A DNA stretch of 64,000 bases from Eledone cirrhosa (taxonomy: Eukaryota). The notes beneath the pieces were generated by a model. The model searched no databases, was not told the origin of the DNA, and saw only the letters and a program-made list of their open reading frames with translations. Below are positions 24,351 to 36,159 of this stretch, piece by piece; the first letter of the stretch is position 1, and each line of letters starts with the position of its first letter. The position numbers and the translations under genes were made by a program. The stretch covers positions 68,324,001 through 68,388,000 of the forward strand of contig OZ024740.1 of NCBI GenBank assembly GCA_964016885.1, in the 5' to 3' direction.

Positions 24351-26445
24351 ATGGCTACGAAAAAGAAATTTCATACGTCACTCCCACTCATTCCGTCTTC
24401 TTCTTCCTCAATCATCACTACAGCAGAGAGAAGATTGTCTCTCTCCCTCCCTTCTTTAAATGTGTCTCTCTCCCTCCCTTCTCTTTCGCAAGCGACGAAA
24501 GAAAAGAAAAGTCTCGTGCAAAGCGTGCAAGGTTTCTCCACGACGACGACGACAGCGACGAAACAGGTGTGCGGAAATACGAAAACCCAGTTCATTCGTC
24601 TGACGTCAGGAATAATAGCAGTAGCAGCCGTAATAACAACAGCAACAGTGACAATGAAAACAACAGTAGCAGCCGCAACAGCATCACCAGCAGCATAAAC
24701 AACAACAGCATTAGCAGCAGCAACACCAACAACAACCACAGCAACAGCGGCGGAGGCAGTAGTCGTAGTACCTGCAGCAACAACAAAAGTACCAGCAGCT
24801 CTGACGACAACAACAACAGCAGAGAAAAACCAATCTCATTTGCAGGTATTGCGAAAAACTTGGAAACAATCCTCATAACAAATGAGGAATTAGAGGAAGC
24901 GAAGAAGATGGTGACAAAGAACGGACACCGAGCAATCTGCAAGGCAGCGAAAAATTTTTTCGAAACCCAAGAGCACTGTACGGTCACGTACCGTACAGTA
25001 AGTACAAAATCCCGTAGGGTGGAAAGAGCCACAGAGGCCCAAATACAAAAAGCCTTGGGGTCTGTGTGGCAGAGGAAAACGCACATCACCCGAGGCAAAA
25101 AATACGCCACCGTAGACGTACTTTTTGCCACACCCCAGGAGGCAAAGGCCCAATCAGTAGTGACCCTAAGGAGCGAGGAAATGGTGTTGGTGCCCTCCTA
25201 CTGCGGGCAAAAAATTGTGAGGGTCAAACTGACCCACGTCCCCCCCGGAATGACCCCTTCTTGGCTGGCCGCGTCTGTCCTCGTCGGAATCGAGGACAAA
25301 ACAACTGTACTGCAAGTACAGAAAAAAGTAAGAGAAGATTGGGTCGGCTCCTCCATTGAGATGCTAATCCAAACCAACCAGGAGTGCATCGAAGCTATCC
25401 CGGATGTGATAGACTTCGATAACGGCACTCAACTGCCCATAAGTGTTGAGGGCAAACGCCCGAAATGCTTTCGCTGTGGATCGAAGACTCACCTCAGGGC
25501 CTTCTGCAACGAGAAGACCCTGAGAAAGGAGAAAACCCCCCTCCTTCCGAATCCGGCTCCACGGCTACCAGCAACAGGACAAGCGGCAACCAGGAACGAT
25601 AGGTCCGTGGCACCCATACCCACTCCACGGAAATCAAAGACAGCAGCAGCAGTGGAAATATTAACAACAACAACAGCAATACCAAATGCAGCTGCAACAG
25701 AGACTCCAGTGCAAACATCACCAACAACAACAAGTGAAAGAGTGGAGCTGGTACCCCTCCCCGACCTTACAGAATCAGACATAGAGTGTGAGGTGGGAGA
25801 GGGATGGCAAAAGGTCGCAAGAAGGCACAAACGCAGAAGCAGCGCATCGTCGCCTTTGAAAAGGGAGGAAAGAAATGAGAAAAGGGTAAAATCTACTGCA
25901 AAGAGACCACAGCAGCAACACCACCAACACCATCACCACCCACACCAGCACCACCATCACCACCGGCGACAACCCCACCGCCAACAACACCTTCAACACC
26001 ACCACCACAAGCACCAACATCGCAAACACAACAACAAAACACACACACCCAGCAACAACGACAAGAAAATAGCAGAACCACACCCCACCCCCAGAAAAAC
26101 AAATGCACGGCAATAAATACACACAACAAGAAACTAATGACTTACATAATTGAACACACAGACATTTCACAACAGGACTACATAATACCAGCACCAATCA
26201 AAACGCCAACTAACATAAGACTGCTAAAAATAGCACAGAAACAATACACAAACATTAAAACGAAATTCCCCAACGCAGTTGGTGATTTCAGGGACCTAGG
26301 AGGAACCATCCATCGAAGAGTATACTCAGACATTCTCTTAGAAGAGCCGACGACCAGCCGAAGGGACGATTCAACGGTCCCTTCACCAGACGATCAAGTG
26401 AAAAGGGATGTAAAAACCATCCCTCCTCTACCAAAAGTACGGTAA
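24351..26445 (+). CDS. ORF1 gag-like protein (CCHC knuckle), interrupted by single-base frameshifts
   Basis: CFRCGSKTHLRAFC; the -1 frame is open from 25879 to 26445 and carries the conserved YTNIKTKFPNAVGDF block; start position uncertain. Confidence 0.75.
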
Positions 26446-26480
26446 GTGGTCTTTCCCATCTTTTCCACTCTATTTTAAAC

Positions 26481-29400
26481 ATGACCTCACTCAGAATAGG
26501 CAGCATAAATGCGCGTGGCTTGGGGTCGTCATGGAAGCAGGGTCACCTGCTCAACGACCTCAGGTCACTAAACATAGATGTAGTGGCCATCAGCGAGACC
26601 AGAATCTCCGAAGCACGGGCCTTCGCACCGATCTTCGGCGGCTACGATGTGTACGCATCTCCCAGCCGTCCTGGATCGGGTGGAGGAGTTGCTGTGCTTT
26701 TTCGGAGAGGTTTGGATCTCGCCATACGGGCCATCTTCCTGGAACCAGAGGGTAAGCTGGTGGTGCTGGACGTGACCAGCGGAGACGAGCAAGCTTTCAG
26801 GCTAGTGGCCGTCTATGCCCCGACAGGAGCAGGGCGGCCTGATTTCTTCCGGCGTCTGGAGACCTTTCTTGGAACGTCCCGCTCTTTAGTGTTAGTGGGC
26901 GACTGGAACGGGATCTTAGATGCACGCTGGGACTGTGTGGGATTAGCGGATAGGGGTGGAGGGTGCAAGAGCCTCACCAACCTGCTCAGGCGTTTTGAAC
27001 TGTCTGACAGGTACCGATTGGATTTCCCGAATGTGCCAATGTGGACTTGGACAAACCGCATAGGGTCATCCAGATCATATCTAGATAGAGTATTTTGTAG
27101 GGAAATAGATAGGTCTAGCATAGGCTGTCCACAATTCAAGATAGTCAGCTACACGGACCACAAATTCGTGACCTGTGTGCTTGACTTAGATAGGCTTCAT
27201 AGACGAGGACCCGGCTACTGGAAGCTAAACGCGTCCTTACCAGCGCGCAAGGCCTACAGAGACCGGATTAGCGAACTAGTTAAGCGGGCGTTGACGGGGG
27301 CCATCGTCAACAACAAGTGGTGGTTTGCTCTGAAAAGAGCGATTAGAATAGAATCGATTAGGTTTAGTAAGGCTTTAGCAATAGAGAAAAATAGAGCAGA
27401 GGGAGAACTAGTTAGAAAATTAGACGAGGCGCTTAGCAAAGGCATTGCGACCGACGTGCTTGCGGCGAAATTGGCCCTTGACCAATTCTTCAATGCAAAG
27501 CACGAAGGCTGCGTTGTCAGAGCTAGGGTGCGTGCTCTCAGACACGAGGGGACGAAAGCCGTTCAATGGGCCCGAGTGGCGGAGGCGCGTCGTGGCAACA
27601 AAGCCACGATCCGGTCTTTGGTGGACCACGACGGGCGCATGCTACTCGATCCCGGGCAAATGTGTGAAGCTTTTCAGCGACACTTCGCTCAGCTGTTCGG
27701 GGGCAGCGGGGGGCCGGGTAGAGGGATGGACTTTAGTGTCTACCTCGACGGACTGCCGCGGCTCTCGGCCACTGAGGCGAAGTGTTGCGAAAAGTCGATA
27801 ACAGCCGCTGAAGTACGGGAGGCAATGACTGGCTGGACAAGGGGTAAATCGCCTGGTTTGGATGGTCTGCCCTATGAACTTTACGTACAAATGCCAGACT
27901 TGTTCGGAGGCCTCTTGGCGGACGTCTACTGCAACTGGCAACAGAACGGGAGAATTCCCAGTTCTGTGAGCCGAGGAGCGGTGGCACTGCTGAGAAAGGA
28001 TCCGAACAAGGGGGATAACATAGACAATTTCCGGCCCATAACTCTGCTAAACACAGAGTTTAAGATTTTGGCCAAGGTGCTAGCAAAGAGTTGGCGCTTG
28101 TCGTTGGTGGTCTGGTGGGAGAGGCGCAGACATGCGCCATTCCCGACAGATCCATCCACGACAACCTCCACCTCATGCGATACATCGTAGAGAGGGTAGC
28201 TAGGGAACCTGGCACGGGTGGGTCCTTGATCAATTTAGATCAGTCGAAAGCTTTCGATAGGGTCGACCATCGTTACCTAGCGGCAGTCCTGAGGGCGGCT
28301 GGCTTTGGGCCCGTCTTCAGAGGCTGGATCGCTGCCATGCACAGCGACATCTGCTCTGTGGTGAGAGTGAACGGTAACCTGTCGGAACCGTTCAACATCA
28401 TGCGCTCGGTCCGCCAAGGATGTCCCCTCTCGTCCCTCTTGTACGTATTGACTCTCGAGCCATTACTGCACAAACTGGAGACGTTGAGGGGAGTCCCGCG
28501 CGAACTAGGATGCGGAAGATCCGTGTCAGCATATGCGGACGATGTCACCGTAGTGGTGTCGAACGCCAAACACATCGAGGCGATCGGCACTACACTAAGA
28601 GAATACGAAGCGGTGACAGGAGCAATGATCAACCAGGAAAAGTCAGTGGGCCTGCAGCTCGGCACCTGGAGAGGCAGGTCCATGCCGTCCAACAGCGTCG
28701 TCGGGCGCTGGACGGACGGCCCGGTTAAATTGCTAGGGGTCTGGTTCGGTCCGGACCTCCAGACGGACAAAAACTGGGACGAGGTGACGAGCAGGGTGGC
28801 TTCTCTCACCCAGAAATGGGCGGAGAGGAAGCTATCCCTGAAAGGTCGAGCGGAGGTGGCTAACGCGTACATCGCGTCTGTCATCTGCTACCGCCTAACC
28901 GTCGTACCTTGTCCTAAGCCTCGCCTGACTGCGCTGGAGCGTTTGCTCTTTCGCTTTTTGTGGAAGGGACGTGCTCCGATGGTCAGGCGGTCCATCTGTT
29001 GTCAACACCCGCTACGTGGAGGGCTGGGCATGCCGTGGCTGATGATGCGCAGGCACGCGCTCAGGCTACGACATCTCCACCTCTTCCTCGACGGTGATCA
29101 GGTGTGGTCGCCGTTTGCTAGACGCGTTTTTCCCCAGCTCGTTTCCTTGACGGAGCTGCAGTCCTGGGTCAAGCGAAGACCGAGAGTGAGCGCCTGGAGA
29201 CTGGAATGTCTTCAGGCGCTCACAGCCCTCGACCAATCGGGCAATGTGATCGGTGGAAACTCCACCTTGGCGTTCTATAGAGGATTAGTGGAGGGGAAGA
29301 GCGACGACGTACTTGGGGAAACTCTAGGCGTCGACGAAAATCAACTAGCCAATCTCTTCGGAAGAACTTTCGGGCCAGGGCCTATGGACAACTTCCAGAA

Positions 29401-29899
29401 ATCTCTGGCCTGGCAGTGCTACCGAGGAGCCTTGCCAGTTCGGGATAAACTCTACAGGCATGGAGGTGCCGTCAGCCGGGCATGTCCGAGATGCGCGCAG
29501 GGCGACGAAACCGTCCTGCACGCACTCGTCCAGTGTCCGAAAATTGCTGACTTGTGGGTTTATGTCGAACACCTGCTGTCGCGTTTAGGACGGATCCAGC
29601 TATCATCTGAGTCTATCGTGAGGATTGCCCCGCCCTCCTCCTTTAGCCGGGAAGGGCAGGCAGTTTTTATCTGTCTGGTGGCCATGGCGAAAGAGATAGT
29701 ATGGTGGACACGTTTGAAAGGGCTGAAGACGAGCACTTACCTCTTCGGTGATGCTCTGATTGACTTTTTCAAATTTCATTTGAAAAGGAAAATCAGAGTA
29801 GAGAAGGAAGTGCTCTCTTCCCAGCATTTTGTTGAAAGATGGGTGAGAGAAGCAAGAATGGCCCGAGTGAATGGGCCGACTCTGAGTATATATCTGTAA
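26481..29899 (+). CDS. ORF2 APE-RT-CCHC polyprotein, one frameshift at about 28088
   Basis: GSINARGL, SETR, GDWN, SYLDR, TDHK, YWKLN; SPGLDG, KAFDRVDH, RQGCPLS, AYADDV; CPRC...ETVLHALVQC. One G is missing versus copy A2. Confidence 0.95.
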
Positions 29900-30147
29900 A
29901 CTAAATGTGGAAAACTGGGAGAGGGCACTTGCCTTGGTGGTCAAGGTCATTGTGGCTTTTTACTGGGCTTTCTCCACAAATGTCCCTCCGAAGTCTCCCC
30001 CCCTATTGGGGAATTTTTCATTGTTATTTTTGTTACATCCTCTGTTTTTGTTTTTTACACGCAGAAATGCCCATTTGTACCGTCCTGCATTGTCCTGCAC
30101 TGTCCTTAATGTCTACTTTATGTAAACCCTTGTGGTTAATAAAGAAA

Positions 30148-30197
<50 letters not shown>

Positions 30198-30540
30198 GGC
30201 GACCTACGTAGGAAATCGTATTATCGTGAGCTCCGCAAAGGTTTGTTATTTCCGTTTGTTTAAAAATTGCCATTTATGGAAAATTTTATTGTTAACTGTT
30301 TATAAGCACACATACATTGTTTTCCGAAAAGGACACCCAAAAACATTGGGGCCTTGTGCCCAAAATTTTAACTTTTATTATTATCCAAAAATTTCTTTGA
30401 AAAAAAATGGCTAATTCCCCTCTGCACGAAGCAGCTGAAAGCCTTCCTCACAAAATAACACCTCACACCGACACCACCATTGTAAATGTTACTACGTTTG
30501 CCAACACAAAAAAAATATAAGCAGTAGCAATATTTTAAAT

Positions 30541-32399
30541 TTGTCTCAGGCAGACATTCATTTCCCGCCATTACCAATGACTGCAGGTGTTAAAGCCTCC
30601 ACCACCACCACCACCGCGACAACCACCACCCCCACCACCACCGCGACAACAGAAACAAAAGAAGAAAAAAATAAATTAACTCGTGATGTCGAAATGAAAT
30701 CAAGCAAAATGGACTCTTCCGCACCAAAGACGACTGACGTCACCACCACCGAAACTGAAAATAAAATTAATATTAACGATAGCAACAACAACAACAATGA
30801 CATTATAAAACCGACCCTCAGTTTCGCCATCGTAGCAAAACAATTCGAAGCGTTCACGGTAACTCAAGAAGATTTAGAAAATGCCAAACAAATGGTAAAG
30901 AAAGATGGGTACAGGGTCAGCCTCCCCCCCCCCCCACCCCCACCTAATAAAATGGAGCATCGGCGCCTGTGCACCGTGTCGTATAGAACAATAAATGTAA
31001 AATCGCGCCGAGTGGAACGGGCATCCGAGTCCCAAATCCAAAAAGCTTTGGGACATGTGTGGGCAAGAAAAACCCACATCAGACGTGGGCAAAAGTATGG
31101 AACCGTGGATGTGTTATTTGAAACACCAGAGGAGGCTAGAGAACACTCCATGGCCCCATTAAAAAGTGACGACCTCACACTCGTCCCAAGCTATTGTGGC
31201 CAGAGACTCGTAAAGATCAGGGTGACCCACGTTCCACCGGCCATCGAAATTCCCTGGCTAATAGCGGCTGTCCTCACCGGCATCGAAGCCAACACGAAAA
31301 TAATAGCAGTAGCAAAAGAAAAGCAGGAAAACTGGTCCGGATCTGGGATGGAGCTCCTGATCCAAGCGGACCAAAAAAGCATTGAGGAGATCCCAGAGGT
31401 AATAGACCTCACTGACGGCAGCCACCTCACGGTAATTGTCGAGGGCAGAAGACCTAGGACTGTCGTTTGTGGTGAAGGAACCCACCTAAGGGCTTTCTGC
31501 CCTCAGGCTAAAAGGTTGAGGCCACCTCTCCTACCCACCCCAGTGACAAAACCACCAACACCACCAGTAGCAGAGATGGCAGCAACAACTGTAGCAGCAA
31601 CAACAGAAGCAACTATAACAGCAACAACCCCAGCAACAGTAGCAAAACCAACACCACTACCACCACCAGCAAAACCAACAACACCACCACCCAACGCTTC
31701 AGAACTAGCACCAGCGCCTACACCATCCACCACACCACAACCAAAACTAACGGCTGTGGAGGATTTTCCACTCCCCGGCCTATCACAACTGGAGACAGAT
31801 TGTGACGACGAGGAGTGGGAAACGATATCCGGAAAAAAAAAAAGAAACCAAAAAAGAAAAAATTCTCTTCCTTCCCCCTCCAAAAACAAAATACAGAGGG
31901 AAACAAATAAACTAAGAAACAAAAAAGTTAGGACAGATATGCCCCATCCACACCAGCATCACCAACCCCATCAACCCAAACACCAACACCATCACCATCA
32001 TCATCCCCAGCACCACCATCACCTACACCACAAAAGTCACCAAAAAGCGAAACAGAAACAAACCCACAACAAACGCAAACAAAACAAAACAACCAAAACG
32101 ATACACACTACACAACATTAAATTTGAACAACAAGCAATTATTAAACTACATCCAACACGACACCAGCATCACAGAAAAAGACTACACAACAACCCCAAA
32201 ATTCACACCACCTCCACACATACAAATCACTCGCATCACACAGAAAACGTACATGACACTAAAACAAAAATTCCCCAAAGACATCGGAGACTTCCGACAA
32301 GCACTCTCCAGGAGGATTTATAAGGACATCCTTCCTGAGGAGGCCACAAGCAGTGAAAAGGATGGAAAAGCCGTCCTTCCCCTAGGAGAAGTAAGGTAA
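30541..32399 (+). CDS. ORF1 gag-like protein, frameshift near 31940
   Basis: Core alignable with A1 ORF1 (CTVSYRT...QIQKALG...LVPSYCGQ...VEGRRP); knuckle lacks the first Cys; C-terminal block at 32124-32399. Confidence 0.75.
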
Positions 32400-32433
32400 G
32401 TGGTCTTTCCCATCTTTTCCACTCCTTTTCAAC

Positions 32434-35400
32434 ATGACCTCACTCAGAATAGGCAGCATAAATGCGCGTGGCTTGGGGTCGTCATGGAAGCAGGGCCACC
32501 TGCTCAACGACCTCAGGTCACTAATCATAGATGTAGTGGCCATCAGCGAGACCAGAATCTCCGAAGCACAGGCTTTCGCACCGATCTTCGGCGGCTACGA
32601 TGTGTACGCATCTCCCAGCCGTCCGGGATCGGGGGGAGGAGTTGCTGTGCTTTTTCGGAGAGGTTTGGATCTTGACATACGGGCCATCTTCCTGGACCCA
32701 GAAGGTAAGTTGGTGGTGCTGGACGTGACCAGCGGAGACGGGCAAGCTTTCAGGTTAGTGGCCGTCTATGCCCCGACAGGAACAGGGCGGCCTGATTTCT
32801 TCCGGCGTCTGGAGACCTTTCTTGGAACGTCCCGCTCTTTAGTGTTAGTGGGCGACTGGAACGGGATCTTAGATGCACGCTGGGATTGTGTGGGATTAGT
32901 GGATAGGGAAGGAGGGTGCAAGAGTCTCACCAACCTGCTCAGACGTTTTGAACTGTCTGACAGGTACCGAATGGATTTCCCGAATGTACCAATGTGGACT
33001 TGGACAAATCGCATAGGGTCATCCAGATCATATCTAGATAGAGTATTTTGTAGGAAAATAGATAGGTCTAGCATAGGCTGTCCACAATTCAAGATAGTCA
33101 GCTACACGGACCACAAATTCGTGATCTGTGTGCTTGACTTAGATAGGCTTCATAGACGAGGACCCGGCTACTGGAAGCTAAACGCGTCCTTACCAGCGCG
33201 CAAGGCCTACAGAGACCGGATTAGCGAACTAGTTAAGCGGGCGTTGACGGGGGCCATCTTCAACAACAAGTGGTGGTTTGCTCTGAAAAGAGCAATTAGA
33301 ATAGAGTCCATTAGGTTTAGTAAGACTTTAGCAATAGAGAAAAATAGAGCAGAGGGAGAATTAGTTAGAAAATTAGATGAGGCGCTTAGCAAAGGCATCG
33401 CGACCGACGTGCTTGCGGCGAAATTGGCCCTTGACCAATTCTTCAATGCAAAGCACGAAGGCTGCGTTGTCAGAGCTAGGGTGCGTGCTCTCAGACACGA
33501 GGGGACGAAAGCCGTTGAATGGGCCCGAGTGGCGGAGGCGCGTCGTGGCAACAAAGCCACGATCCGGTCTTTGGTGGACCACGACGGGCGCATGCTACTC
33601 GATCCCGGGCAAATGTGTGAAGCTTTTCAGCGACACTTCGCTCAACTGTTCGGGGGCAGTGGCGGGCCGGATCGAGGGATGGACTTTAGTGTCTACCTCG
33701 ACGGACTGCCGCGGCTTTCTGCCACTGAGGCGGAGTGTTGCGAAAAGCCGATAACAACCGCTGAAGTACGGGATGCAATGACTAGTTGCACAAGGGGCAA
33801 ATCGCCTGGTTTGGATGGTCTGCCCTATGAATTTTACGTACAAATGCCAAACTTGTTCGGAGGCCTCTTGGCGGACGTCTACTGCAACTGGCAACAGAAC
33901 GGGAGAATTCCCAGCTCTGTGAGCCGAGGAGCGGTGGCGCTGCTGAGAAAGGATCCGAACAAGGGGGATAACATAGATAATTTTAGGGCCATAACTCTGC
34001 TAAACACAGAGTTCAAGATTTTGGCCAAGGTGCTAGCAAAGAGGTTGGCGCTTGTCGTTGGTGGTCTGGTGGGAGAGGCACAGACATGCGCCATTCCCGA
34101 CAGATCCATCCACGACAACCTCCACCTCATGCGATACATCGTAGGGAGGGTAGCTAGGGAACCTGGCACGGGTGGGTCTTTGATCAATTTAGATCAGTCG
34201 AAAGCCTTCGATAGGGTCGACCATCGTTACCTAGCGGCAGTCCTGAGGGCGGCTGGCTTTGGGCCCGTCTTCAGAGGCTGGATCGCTGCCATGCACAGCG
34301 ACATCTGCTCTGTAGTGAGAGTGAACGGTCACCTTTCGGAACCGTTCAACATCATGCGCTCGGTCCGCCAAGGATGTCCCCTCTCGTCCCTATTGTACGT
34401 ATTGACTCTCGAGCCATTACTGCACAAACTGGAGACGTTCAGGGGGGGTCCCGCGCGAACTAGGATGCGGAAGATCCGTGTCAGCATATGCGGACGATGT
34501 CACCGTAGTGGTGTCGAACGCCAAACACATCGAGGCGATCGGCACTACACTAAGAGAATACGAAGCGGTGACAGGAGCAATGATCAACCAGGAAAAGTCA
34601 GTGGGCCTGCAGCTCGGCACCTGGAGAGGCAGGTCCATGCCGTCCAACAGCGTCGTCGGGCGCTGGACGGACGGACCGGTTAAATTGCTAGGGGTCTGGT
34701 TCGGTCCATACCTCCAGACGGACAAAAACTGGGACGAGGTGACGAGCAGGGTGGCTTTTCTCACCCAGAAATGGGCCGAGAGGAAGCTATCCCTAAAAGG
34801 TCGAGCGGAGGTGGCGAATGCGTACATCGCATCCGTCATCTACTACCGCCTGACCGTCGTACCTTGTCCTAAGCCCCGCCTGACTGCGCTGGAGCGTTTG
34901 CTCTTTCGCTTCTTGTGGAAGGGACGCGCTCCGATGGTCAGGCGGTCCATCTGCTGTCAACACCCGCTACGTGGAGGGCTGGGCATGTCGTGGCTGATGA
35001 TGCGCAGACACGCGCTCAGGCTACGACATCTCCACCTCTTCCTCGACGGTGATCAGGTGTGGTCGCCGTTTGCAAGACACGTTTTTCCCCAGCTCGTCTC
35101 CTTGACGGAGCTGCAGTCCTGGGTCAAGCGAAGACCGAGAGGGAGCGCTTGGAGACTGGAATGTCTTCAGGCGCTCACAGCCCTCGACCAATCGGGCAAT
35201 GTGATCGGTGGAAACTCCACCTTGGCGTTCTATAGGGGATTAGTGGAGGGGAAGAGCGACGACGTACTTGGAGAAACTCTAGGCGTCGACGAAAATCAAC
35301 TAGCCAATCTCTTCGGAAGGACTTTCGGGCCGGGGCCTATGGACAACTTCCAGAAATCCCTGGCCTGGCAGTGCTACCGAGGAGCTTTGCCAGTTCGGGA

Positions 35401-35854
35401 TAAACTCTACAGGCATGGAGGTGCCGTCAGCCGGGCATGTCCGAGATGCGCGCAGGGCGACGAAACCGTCCTGCACGCACTCGTCCAGTGTCCGAGCATT
35501 GCTGACTTGTGGGTTTATGTCGAACACCTGCTGTCACGTGTAGGACGGATCCAGCTATCAGCTGAGTCCATCGTGAGGATTGCCCCACCCCCTTCCTTTA
35601 GCCTGGAAGGGCAGGCAGTTTTTATCTGTCTGGTGGCCATGGCGAAAGAGATAGTATGGTGGACACGTTTGAAAGGGCTGAAGACGAGCACTTACCTCTT
35701 CGGTGATGCCCTGATTAACTTTTTCAAATTTCATTTGAAAAGGAAAATCAGGGTAGAGAGGGAAGTGCTCTCTTCCCAGCATTTTGTTGAAAGATGGGTG
35801 AGAGAAGCAAGTATGGCCCGAATGAATGGGCCTTCTCTGAGTATGTGTCTGTAA
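32434..35854 (+). CDS. ORF2 APE-RT-CCHC polyprotein, one frameshift in a G-run at about 34442
   Basis: ORFs 32434..34683 and 34478..35854 are nearly identical in translation to A1 ORF2. Confidence 0.95.
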
Positions 35855-36110
35855 ATTAAAGGTGGAAAACTGGGAGAGGGCACTTGCCCTGGAGGTCAGG
35901 GCCACTGTGGTATTTTAATGGGCTTTCTCCACAAATGTCCCTTGGAAGTCTCCCCCCTATTGGGGAATTTTTCTTTGTTATTTTATTTCAACCTCTGTTT
36001 TTTTACACGCAGAAATGCCCATTTGTACCGTCCTGTATTGTCCTGTACTGTCCTTAATGTCTACTTTATGTGAACCCTTGTGGTTAATAAAGAAAACATT
36101 ATTATTATTA

Positions 36111-36153
<43 letters not shown>

Positions 36154-36159
36154 TATTAC

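Larger units (their letters stand above)
24136..30150 (+). mobile_element. Full-length Tx1/L1-clade LINE (family A, copy A1) in (TTA)n
   Basis: 5'UTR, ORF1, ORF2 and 3'UTR with AATAAA; pure (TTA)n on both sides. Confidence 0.95.
30198..36098 (+). mobile_element. Full-length Tx1/L1-clade LINE (family A, copy A2) in (TTA)n, head-to-tail with A1
   Basis: Same architecture as A1; TTA tracts at 30151-30197 and 36099-36159. Confidence 0.95.

Noticed and set aside
25879-26445. Third ORF or programmed -1 frameshift between ORF1 and ORF2, with His-rich ORF1 tails
   Set aside because: A2 and A3 shift at different positions (about 31940 vs about 43455), there is no shared canonical slippery heptamer, and in family B the linker reads in frame (19183 to 18967). 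The block is best read as the ORF1 C-terminus broken by single-base deletions; the poly-His tails are out-of-frame readings of CCA/ACA repeats.
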